NCBI GenBank assembly: GCA_036554605.1
Contig: DATBMY010000539.1
Span: forward strand, 7,010-31,009
Length of the DNA stretch: 24,000 nucleotides
Direction: 5' to 3'
Origin: Blastocatellia bacterium
GTDB taxonomy: Bacteria; Acidobacteriota; Blastocatellia; UBA7656
Shown here: one piece after another, positions 7,757-14,650 of the stretch
Numbering within the stretch: the first letter of the stretch is position 1
Layout: each line of letters opens with the position of its first letter
Position numbers and translations under genes: made by a program
The notes under the pieces: generated by a model
What the model saw: only the letters and a program-made list of their open reading frames with translations
Told to the model about the DNA's origin: nothing
Databases searched by the model: none

Positions 7757-7857
7757 GTGGCGACAAGATTGGTGAGAGTTCCTCCGGTTGCCCGGAGCGG
7801 GGATTCGAGCCCCAACCTTAACAGGTTGTCCATGTACTCCCACCGGCATTCGCCACC
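7757..7857 (-). ncRNA. Y-RNA-like module 2, variant tRNA-like four-way junction
   Basis: Closing helix GUGGCGA/UCGCCAC and second helix GGUGGGAG/CUCUCACC. T-arm-like GGGG-CUCGAAU-CCCC. GNRA-capped hairpin CUCCGG-GCAA-CCGGAG. Hairpin CAACC-UGUUAA-GGUUG. Confidence 0.6.
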
Positions 7858-7860
7858 GAA

Positions 7861-7922
7861 GGCCGACAAGTTTCTGTTCGAGACGATACATGTAGTAGAT
7901 GTAGTCCCGACGGCATTCGGCC
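7861..7922 (-). ncRNA. Y-RNA-like module 1, minimal 62-nt stem-loop without a tRNA-like domain
   Basis: Closing helix GGCCGA/UCGGCC, the same AUGCCG / CUUG internal-loop signature, second helix UCGGGAC/GUCUCGA and apical hairpin UACAU-CUACUAC-AUGUA. Confidence 0.5.
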
Positions 7923-7929
7923 TTAGAGT

Positions 7930-9483
7930 TTAGAGCTTCACCGCGCTGATGACGCCGACCCAGTGGTCCGCGCTCATGCGGCCCGCGGCGAACTCTGCTA
8001 TCACGTCAAACACCTGATCGGAAAAACCGCCGATGTTCATTATGTCATCGCGCTCCTTCGCCTGCGTCGTGGAGTACGGCTGTATGTCTATGCAGACGAG
8101 ACGGGCGCGCGGGTTGCGCTGTTTGAACTCGCTCCACTCGGCCATGGTAGCCGTGCCACGGCCGCGACCCGCGTCAACCCACGATTCGTTATCCGATACG
8201 TAGATGACAAGGTCGCCCCTGGCCTTGCGCCTGTTCAACAGGGCTAGCGGCGCGCTGCAATTCGTGCCGCCGCCCCCTACGGAGGCGAGCTTCCTCGCGT
8301 TCTTCATAATGCGCTCGCCTCCGTGCAACTTTATATCTACAACATCGCACTCGAACGGCAGCACCTCGGCCTCGGGGTTTGCCCTCAGGACCGATGCCGC
8401 CACCAGCGCCGCCACGTCCACGCAGCGCACCGCCGTCGTCGAGCCGCGCCTGTAGCCGGTCACGGGAGATTGCATAGATCCCGATACGTCCGGCAGTACA
8501 TAAACCTTGCCTTCAACCTTCGGCACATTCGAAGTGGCAATCTCCATCGCCTCTTCGAGCGCCTGCCTGACGGCGCGCGGCACCGCTTCGTCCGCGCTCA
8601 CATAGGCGGCGAGCAGCTGATAAGGAAAGACGCGCGCCGCCCTTATCGCCTTCGGGTCGCGCAGGCGGCCGGCGATAAGCTCCGTCATACCGCGCTTCTC
8701 AAATACTTTGTGGCGCGCAAACGTGTTCAGGTTCTGTCGCGTCATCTGCCACGTAGCGTTGCGGGCAATCTCGGCCCACTCGCTCGCGCCAAGCTCGAGC
8801 GCCGTAAGCATCTGAAACGGCACGTCGGGAACCGCGCGCGTGGCGCCTCGCTTGAACGCCTCGAAGTCGCGCACGAGTCCGGGGAGCGCATCCTCGTCGT
8901 GCTGCTTGCCTATCAAGTATCCGAACAGCGACCGGCGGCTCGCGCTACCCGGCTTCGGGTGGACCATCTTTATGATGTCGGCCATCGAAGGCTGCTGGCC
9001 CACGCTTGCCCGGAATACCGATTCATCGTCGCGCGCTTCAAGCCAGCCTCGCACCATGCGCTTCGGGGCAGACCCGAGCGACTTGCGGCCTACCGCGCCC
9101 GATCTCATTATCTGAACAAAGGTGCGCAGCATTCGGCCGTTGTCGATCACGCGCGGAAAGATCTCGGTGAACAGCTTCCGGTCGCGCACCGAAAGCAGCG
9201 CGCAAAGCAGCGCGGGCATGTCCTTCATAAACCCTCGCTCGCGACAATAAACGGCCGTCAGCGCAAGAAACTCGCCCGACACGCGGTTGGATAGCTCAAG
9301 CACGGTCTTGAGCTGATCTTCGGCCCTCGCATAGAAGGTCGAGTTCAGGCACCCGGTCGCGGCATACTGCGCAAGCTCCGCCTCGGGCGCAAACCTGTAG
9401 GCCGGCGCGCCCTCTTCGTTTCGCGCGTCCGCGGCCGCAACGAGCCAGCCGCGCAGCGAATGAAACAGATTCCTGTTTGCCAT
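7930..9483 (-). CDS. rsr: Ro60-related TROVE/vWA ribonucleoprotein (Rsr)
   Basis: 517 aa. TROVE-type N-terminus (NEEGAPAYRF...TGCLNSTFYA). C-terminal vWA domain with the metal-ion-dependent adhesion site (MIDAS) motif DVSGSM. Sits in an operon with Y-RNA-like elements and rtcB. Confidence 0.92.
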   Translation of the reverse strand: MANRNLFHSLRGWLVAAADARNEEGAPAYRFAPEAELAQYAATGCLNSTFYARAEDQLKTVLELSNRVSGEFLALTAVYCRERGFMKDMPALLCALLSVRDRKLFTEIFPRVIDNGRMLRTFVQIMRSGAVGRKSLGSAPKRMVRGWLEARDDESVFRASVGQQPSMADIIKMVHPKPGSASRRSLFGYLIGKQHDEDALPGLVRDFEAFKRGATRAVPDVPFQMLTALELGASEWAEIARNATWQMTRQNLNTFARHKVFEKRGMTELIAGRLRDPKAIRAARVFPYQLLAAYVSADEAVPRAVRQALEEAMEIATSNVPKVEGKVYVLPDVSGSMQSPVTGYRRGSTTAVRCVDVAALVAASVLRANPEAEVLPFECDVVDIKLHGGERIMKNARKLASVGGGGTNCSAPLALLNRRKARGDLVIYVSDNESWVDAGRGRGTATMAEWSEFKQRNPRARLVCIDIQPYSTTQAKERDDIMNIGGFSDQVFDVIAEFAAGRMSADHWVGVISAVKL

Positions 9484-9531
9484 TGCCGGTCACCTCATCT
9501 GATCTTTATTCTTCGCGACGTGCGTAACAGT

Positions 9532-9547
9532 CGCACGCGCCGTGCCG
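9532..9547 (-). promoter_or_regulatory. Candidate sigma54 (-24/-12) promoter of the rsr-Y RNA-rtcBA operon
   Basis: The - strand reads CGGCACGGCGCGTGCG against the consensus TGGCAC-N5-TTGC, with GG and GC at the correct 10-nt spacing. It lies 49-64 nt upstream of the rsr ATG and faces away from the sigma54 activator gene rtcR. Confidence 0.55.
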
Positions 9548-9598
9548 CGTTTTTGAGACCGGCCCGCGCCAAGGTAAAATCCCTGAGTATAAAAGAGT

Positions 9599-9627
9599 TT
9601 TGACGAGACGAAGAGAAATCTCTACTA
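9599..9627 (+). promoter_or_regulatory. Candidate sigma70-type promoter for rtcR
   Basis: TTGACG-N17-TACTAT in the AT-rich divergent spacer, about 55 nt upstream of the rtcR ATG. Confidence 0.3.
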
Positions 9628-9679
9628 TGTCAGGGTTGAAGATTTATAGCATTAACGATATTGATTTAGATTTTATTCT

Positions 9680-11284
9680 ATGACGGAAAAGGATCAGGTA
9701 ATCATAGGGTTGCTCGGCCCGTCGCTCGACAACGGGCTTGGGATGGATCGCTGGGAGCGGTGGCGGCCCTCGGTCGCGCTTTGCCAGCACCAGGATCTTT
9801 TGATAAAGCGATTCGAGCTTTTATACGAGCGGAAATTCGGGCGGCTCGCCGAGCAGGTCGCCGACGACATCGCGCACTGCTCGCCCGAAACCACGGTGCG
9901 CAAAGCGGAGGTGAAATTCGACGACCCGTGGGACTTCGAGCAGGTCTATGGGGCGCTGCACGATTTCGCGCGCGCTTACAGGTTCGACACCGAGCGCGAG
10001 CAATACCTCATACACATCACCACCGGAACGCACGTCGCGCAGATATGCATGTTCTTGCTCACCGAGTCGCGCTACTTTCCGGCGAAGCTCATACAGACGT
10101 CGCCGCCCGACCGGCGCGACAAAAAAGGGGCGGGCCGTTTCGAGATCATCGATCTCGACCTGTCGAAGTACGACCGCATAGCGTCACGCTTCCAGCAGGA
10201 GCAGCGCGAGGCGTTGCAGTTTCTCAAGTCGGGCATAGAGACGCGCAATCCGGGTTTCAACCAGCTTATAAGCCGGGTCGAGCAGGTAGCCATAAATTCC
10301 GCCGACCCGGTCTTGCTGATGGGGCCCACGGGCGCGGGCAAATCCCGCCTCGCGCGTCGCATATATGAGCTCAAGCGCGCGCGCCATCAGGTGAAGGGCG
10401 AGTTCGTCGAGGTCAACTGCGCCACCCTGCGCGGAGACGGCGCGATGTCGGCGCTGTTCGGGCACGTGAAGGGATCATTTACGGGAGCGGTGCGCGACCG
10501 CGCCGGGCACCTGCGCGCCGCCGACAACGGGCTTCTCTTTCTTGATGAGATCGGCAGCCTCGGCCTCGACGAGCAGGCGATGCTGCTTCGCGCGCTCGAA
10601 GACAAGAGCTTCTTTCCGCTCGGCGGCGACCGCCAGGTCCGTAGCGATTTTCAGCTGGTCGCCGGGACCAACAGCGACCTCGCCGTAGCGGTTCGCGATG
10701 GACGATTCAGAGAGGATTTGCTCGCGCGAATAAACCTCTGGACGTTTCGGCTGCCGGGGCTGCGCGAGCGCATCGAGGATATAGAGCCGAACCTTCAATA
10801 CGAGCTTGACGAGTACGCCCGCCGCGCCGGCAAGCAGGTGACCTTCAGCCGCGAGGCGCGCGAAAAGTTTCTGAGGTTCGCCGCCTCGCACGAAGCGCGG
10901 TGGTCGGGCAATTTTCGCGACCTCAACGGCGCGATCATTCGCATGGCGACGCTCGCGCCCGGCGGGAGAATTTCGATTGAAGTGGTCGAAGAAGAGATAG
11001 CGCGGCTGCGCCTGGCATGGCAAACTCAATCGGCGGGCGAGGGCGGCGACCTCGTCGAGCGAATCGTCGGACGCGAGCGGGCCGAAGAGATCGATTATTT
11101 CGACCGCTTGCAGCTCGCCTCGGTGCTGAAGGTATGCCGCGAGTCGCGCTCGCTTTCCGACGCGGGCCGCGCGCTCTTTACGGCGTCGCGCGGGCGCAAG
11201 AAGAGCGTCAACGATGCCGACCGCTTGAGAAAATATCTGATGCGGTTCGGGCTCGAATGGCGACAGCTTAAAGATATGCTTTGA
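9680..11284 (+). CDS. rtcR: Sigma54-dependent transcriptional activator RtcR (CARF domain, AAA+ domain, HTH)
   Basis: The N-terminus closely resembles my recollection of E. coli RtcR (RWERWRPSVALCQ...NPWDFEQVYGALHDFARAYRF...YLIHITTGTHVAQICMFLL...RYFPAKLIQTSPP). Walker A GPTGAGKS. GSFTGA (GAFTGA-type) loop. Confidence 0.95.
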   Translation: MTEKDQVIIGLLGPSLDNGLGMDRWERWRPSVALCQHQDLLIKRFELLYERKFGRLAEQVADDIAHCSPETTVRKAEVKFDDPWDFEQVYGALHDFARAYRFDTEREQYLIHITTGTHVAQICMFLLTESRYFPAKLIQTSPPDRRDKKGAGRFEIIDLDLSKYDRIASRFQQEQREALQFLKSGIETRNPGFNQLISRVEQVAINSADPVLLMGPTGAGKSRLARRIYELKRARHQVKGEFVEVNCATLRGDGAMSALFGHVKGSFTGAVRDRAGHLRAADNGLLFLDEIGSLGLDEQAMLLRALEDKSFFPLGGDRQVRSDFQLVAGTNSDLAVAVRDGRFREDLLARINLWTFRLPGLRERIEDIEPNLQYELDEYARRAGKQVTFSREAREKFLRFAASHEARWSGNFRDLNGAIIRMATLAPGGRISIEVVEEEIARLRLAWQTQSAGEGGDLVERIVGRERAEEIDYFDRLQLASVLKVCRESRSLSDAGRALFTASRGRKKSVNDADRLRKYLMRFGLEWRQLKDML

Positions 11285-11304
11285 AGAGAAGAAAGGAGCG
11301 ACGC

Positions 11305-13446
11305 TTGAAACACGCGCTTGCCGTTTTCAATATCGCAATCATGCTGCTGGCACCGGGCGCGGCAATCCACTCTCAGGGCTCGCGCGCGGCCGCCCCGCCC
11401 GGCACGGACCTCTTTCTGGTCGGGTTTTCCGAGGCGGGCGGCAGGCTCTCGTTCGGCGCGCCCAAAAATATCACCGCCCGGCCCGGCTACGACAACCAGC
11501 CCTCCTTTATGCCGACAGGTCTCGCGCTGATTTACACCTCCATGCGCGAGGGCAACCAGGCGGACATATACAGGTACGATATAAGGACCGGGACGACGAC
11601 GCGCGTGACAGGGACGAACGAAAGCGAGTATTCACCGACCGTCACGCCCGACGGCAAGCACATATCGGTCATACGCGTCGAGAAAGATTCCACGCAGCGG
11701 CTCTGGCGATTCCCGCTCGGCGGCGGCGAGCCGAGCCTCGTGCTTGAGAATATAAAACCGGTCGGGTATCACGCCTGGGCCGGAGCGGATAAGCTGGTGC
11801 TTTTCGTGCTCGGCTCGCCCAACACGTTGCAGCTTGTCGATGTCGCGACCGGCCGGGCCGAGATCGTCGCTTCAAACGTAGGCCGCTCGCTGCATCGTAT
11901 GCCGAGCAGCAAGAACGTGAGCTTTGTTCATAAGCAAGCGGCCGGTGAATGGGTAATCAAAGAGCTGGACGTTGCGACTAAGAAGATCACCCCCGTAATC
12001 AAGACGCTGCCGGGAAGCGAAGATTACGTCTGGACCCCGGCGGGCGATTTGATTATGGCCGCGGGCGCGCGGCTTTATAAATTTACCCCCGGCCGCGACC
12101 GCGAGTGGCGGATGGCCGCCGATTTTTCCAGCCGGGGTATAAATGAAATCACTCGTCTTGCCGTAAACCCTCGCGGCAACCGGCTCGCATTCGTCGCGAG
12201 CGAGCGGCGCGCCGACGCGCTGGCGGAGATGAACCAGATAGCCGAGCGATATGTGAAACTCGCTTTGGGAGTAGGCCAGCACGACTCGGATTATGTCGAC
12301 GCTTACTATGGCCCGCCCGAATGGCAGCAGGAAGCGAAGGCGAATAAAGAATCGCTTGACGACATAAAGCAGGCGGCAGACTCTTTGATTGCGCGGCTCG
12401 GCAGGCTCGACACATCGCGCGACGAAGAGATGACGCGGCTGCGCCATCAATACCTGCTCAAACAGCTTCAGGCGCTTGCGGTGCGCGTCGATATGCTCAA
12501 GGGGCGAAAGCTCACCTTTGATGAAGAATCGCTCGCGCTTTATGACGCGGTCGCGCCGCAGCTTTCCGAGGCCCATTTTAAGAGAATACTCGCGCGGCTC
12601 GAAAAGATGTTGCCGGGCGAGGGCGCGCTTGCCGAGCGGGTCGAGCGCTACAAGCGAGATTTCATCATACCGAAAGAGAAGCTCGACTCAGTCTTCAAAG
12701 CGGCCATAGAAGAGGCCCGCGCGCGCACGCGCCGCCACATAGAGCTTCCGGCGCGCGAGACGTTCGAGCTTGAGTACGTGACCGGTAAATCCTGGAGCGG
12801 CTACAACTGGTATAAGGGCAACAGCCACAGCCTGATTCAGATCAACACGGACCTGCCTATATTCATCGACCGCGCGATTGATCTGGCCTGCCACGAAGGC
12901 TACCCCGGTCATCACGTCTATAACGTGCTGCTCGAACAGCATATGGTGAAGGGCCGCAACTGGGTAGAGTTTTCGGTATATCCGCTATTCAGCCCTCAAT
13001 CGCTTATCGCGGAAGGAAGCGCGAACTACGGTATAGAAGTCGCATTTCCCGGCGCCGAGCGCATAGCGTATGAAAAGCGCGTTCTTTTCCCGCTTGCGGG
13101 AATTGACCCGGCTAAAGCGGACCGGTATTACAGGGTGCAGGCGGCGCTTGCGGAGTTGAACTATGCGGGCAACGAAGCGGCGCGCCGCTATTTGAACGGC
13201 GAGATCACGCGCGAGCAGGCGGCCGACTGGCTGGTCCGCTACACGCTCGTCTCGCGCGAGCGCGCCGCTCAGCGCGTGCGTTTCTTCGATCAGTACCGCA
13301 GCTACGTTATCAATTATAATCTGGGGCTTGACCTCGTGCGACGTTACATCGAGCGAAGAGGCGGGACAAGCGCGCGGCCCGCGAAGCGCTGGGAGGAGTT
13401 CAAAAAACTGCTCTCCTCGCCGCGGCTGCCCTCGGGATTGAAATAG
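11305..13446 (+). CDS. Secreted fusion protein: TolB-like beta-propeller plus a DUF885-like putative metallopeptidase domain
   Basis: TTG start at 11305 preceded by AAGGAG; the track start at 11281 overlaps the rtcR stop. Signal peptide KHALAVFNIAIMLLAPGAAIHSQ. PD40/TolB-like repeats (GYDNQPSF, SEYSPTVTPDGKHISV). C-terminal CHEGYPGHH motif as in DUF885. Confidence 0.7.
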   Translation: MKHALAVFNIAIMLLAPGAAIHSQGSRAAAPPGTDLFLVGFSEAGGRLSFGAPKNITARPGYDNQPSFMPTGLALIYTSMREGNQADIYRYDIRTGTTTRVTGTNESEYSPTVTPDGKHISVIRVEKDSTQRLWRFPLGGGEPSLVLENIKPVGYHAWAGADKLVLFVLGSPNTLQLVDVATGRAEIVASNVGRSLHRMPSSKNVSFVHKQAAGEWVIKELDVATKKITPVIKTLPGSEDYVWTPAGDLIMAAGARLYKFTPGRDREWRMAADFSSRGINEITRLAVNPRGNRLAFVASERRADALAEMNQIAERYVKLALGVGQHDSDYVDAYYGPPEWQQEAKANKESLDDIKQAADSLIARLGRLDTSRDEEMTRLRHQYLLKQLQALAVRVDMLKGRKLTFDEESLALYDAVAPQLSEAHFKRILARLEKMLPGEGALAERVERYKRDFIIPKEKLDSVFKAAIEEARARTRRHIELPARETFELEYVTGKSWSGYNWYKGNSHSLIQINTDLPIFIDRAIDLACHEGYPGHHVYNVLLEQHMVKGRNWVEFSVYPLFSPQSLIAEGSANYGIEVAFPGAERIAYEKRVLFPLAGIDPAKADRYYRVQAALAELNYAGNEAARRYLNGEITREQAADWLVRYTLVSRERAAQRVRFFDQYRSYVINYNLGLDLVRRYIERRGGTSARPAKRWEEFKKLLSSPRLPSGLK

Positions 13447-13450
13447 CGAC

Positions 13451-13478
13451 TTGACAGTATTTCGAGCGGCAGTAAAAA
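13451..13478 (+). promoter_or_regulatory. Candidate sigma70-type promoter of the envelope cluster
   Basis: TTGACA-N16-TAAAAA, located 44 nt upstream of the ATG at 13522. Confidence 0.35.
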
Positions 13479-13521
13479 ATCGAATGGCAGTGCCCTAGAT
13501 TTAAACCGGCAGAGCAAGCAA

Positions 13522-14613
13522 ATGAAACCAACCAGAGACGCTGATATGCAAGCAAAGATCGAACCTGCGCGCGAGAAGCTCGATGCCTGGACCAGAGAAG
13601 TTGTCCAGTGGCATTTCGACCCTGAAACCGGCACGCCCTTCTGGCTTGAGTTCGCCAAAGGGCTTGATTTCGACCCGCGCCGCGAGATTCAAAGTTACGC
13701 TGATCTGGGCAAGCTCGGCCCGTTTCAGGACGAGTGGCTACGCGGCGGCCCGGTGCGCCGGTGGGTGCCTCGCGGCTATACGGGCCGGCCCGTTTACGTA
13801 TTCGAGACCGGGGGCAGCACCGGCGTCCCGAAGTCCAGAATCAACATAGAGGATTTCCGCATAGATTATTCGCTGTTCAGCGAAACGCTCCCGGACGAGT
13901 ATTTCCCGAAAGGCTCGGACTGGCTGATGCTCGGTCCTTCGGGACCGCGAAGGCTAAGGCTTTCGGTCGAGCATCTGGCGCAGCACCGCGGCGGCATAAG
14001 TTTTTGCGTCGACCTCGATCCGCGATGGGTCATAAAGCTCATCAAGTGGGGCCAGATCGATATGGTCGAAAAATACAAGCAGCACGTCATCGAGCAGGGG
14101 CTCACGCTGTTGAGGGCGCACGAAAACATACAATGCCTTTTCACCACGCCCAAGCTGCTCGAAGCCCTTTGCGAGAAAGTCTCGCTCCGCCGCATGGGCA
14201 TAAAGGGCGTCTTCTGCGGCGGCACGGAGATGACCCCGCAGTTTCATCGCTTCGCGGTCGAGGAGTTGCTCGACGGCGTCTATTTCGCGCCGACCTACGG
14301 CAATACGCTCATGGGGCTTGCGACGCACAAGCCGCCCACGCCCGAAGATAATTACGCGATCATTTATTACCCCCCGTCGCCGCGCGCGATGATAGAGGTG
14401 GTCGATCCGGACAACCCTGATCGCGTGGTCGAATACGGCGCGACGGGTCGCGTGCGGCTAACGACGCTCACCAAAGAGTTCTTCATGCCGCGCTTTCTCG
14501 AACGCGACGAGGCCGAGCGCGAGCCTCCGTGCGACCTTTACCCGTGGGACGGGGTCCGCAATGTCCGGCCCTTCTCCCGCTTCCAGACAACCGTAGTAGA
14601 AGGAGTCTACTAA
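13522..14613 (+). CDS. LuxE/PaaK/F390-synthetase-like adenylate-forming enzyme (acyl-protein/CoA synthetase-like)
   Basis: 363 aa. P-loop-like ANL (adenylate-forming) superfamily motif ETGGSTGVPKS, FCGGTEM and YGNT. The size and motif order resemble my recollection of LuxE. The start is uncertain, with an alternative ATG at 13546. Confidence 0.6.
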   Translation: MKPTRDADMQAKIEPAREKLDAWTREVVQWHFDPETGTPFWLEFAKGLDFDPRREIQSYADLGKLGPFQDEWLRGGPVRRWVPRGYTGRPVYVFETGGSTGVPKSRINIEDFRIDYSLFSETLPDEYFPKGSDWLMLGPSGPRRLRLSVEHLAQHRGGISFCVDLDPRWVIKLIKWGQIDMVEKYKQHVIEQGLTLLRAHENIQCLFTTPKLLEALCEKVSLRRMGIKGVFCGGTEMTPQFHRFAVEELLDGVYFAPTYGNTLMGLATHKPPTPEDNYAIIYYPPSPRAMIEVVDPDNPDRVVEYGATGRVRLTTLTKEFFMPRFLERDEAEREPPCDLYPWDGVRNVRPFSRFQTTVVEGVY

Positions 14614-14640
14614 TCTCAGATTTGCAATCTCAGATTTGAA
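14612..14640 (+). repeat. Tandem direct repeat, 2 x 14 nt AATCTCAGATTTG(C/A)A, each unit containing the palindrome AATCT-C-AGATT
   Basis: Read directly. It fills the whole spacer between the LuxE-like stop and the LuxC-like start. A related copy, TCTGAGATTTGAA, lies at 16115-16127. Confidence 0.7.
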
Positions 14641-14650
14641 ATCCAAACTT

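Noticed and set aside
7630-7857. Two bona fide tRNA genes, suggested by the GGTTCGAATCC-type T arms
   Set aside because: The arm order is circularly permuted (T arm, then a closed acceptor, then the D arm). There is no anticodon arm and no free acceptor end or CCA context. This fits Y-RNA tRNA mimics, not tRNAs.
7583-7933. Track ORFs across the rsr-rtcB spacer (116 aa on +, 87 aa and 73 aa on -)
   Set aside because: They overlap each other and the highly structured Y-RNA-like modules. They have no RBS and their sequences are low-complexity and Arg/Pro-rich. The region is better explained as ncRNA.
11281-11304. TTG start at 11281 overlapping the rtcR stop
   Set aside because: The internal TTG at 11305 has an AAGGAG RBS at the optimal distance and begins directly at the signal peptide. 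The 8 extra codons (KRRKERR) would be the RBS region translated.
13480-13500. TGGCAGTGCCCTAGA as a sigma54 promoter for the envelope cluster
   Set aside because: It has the GG, but there is no GC at the -12 position with the correct spacing. A sigma70-like TTGACA-N16-TAAAAA just upstream fits better.
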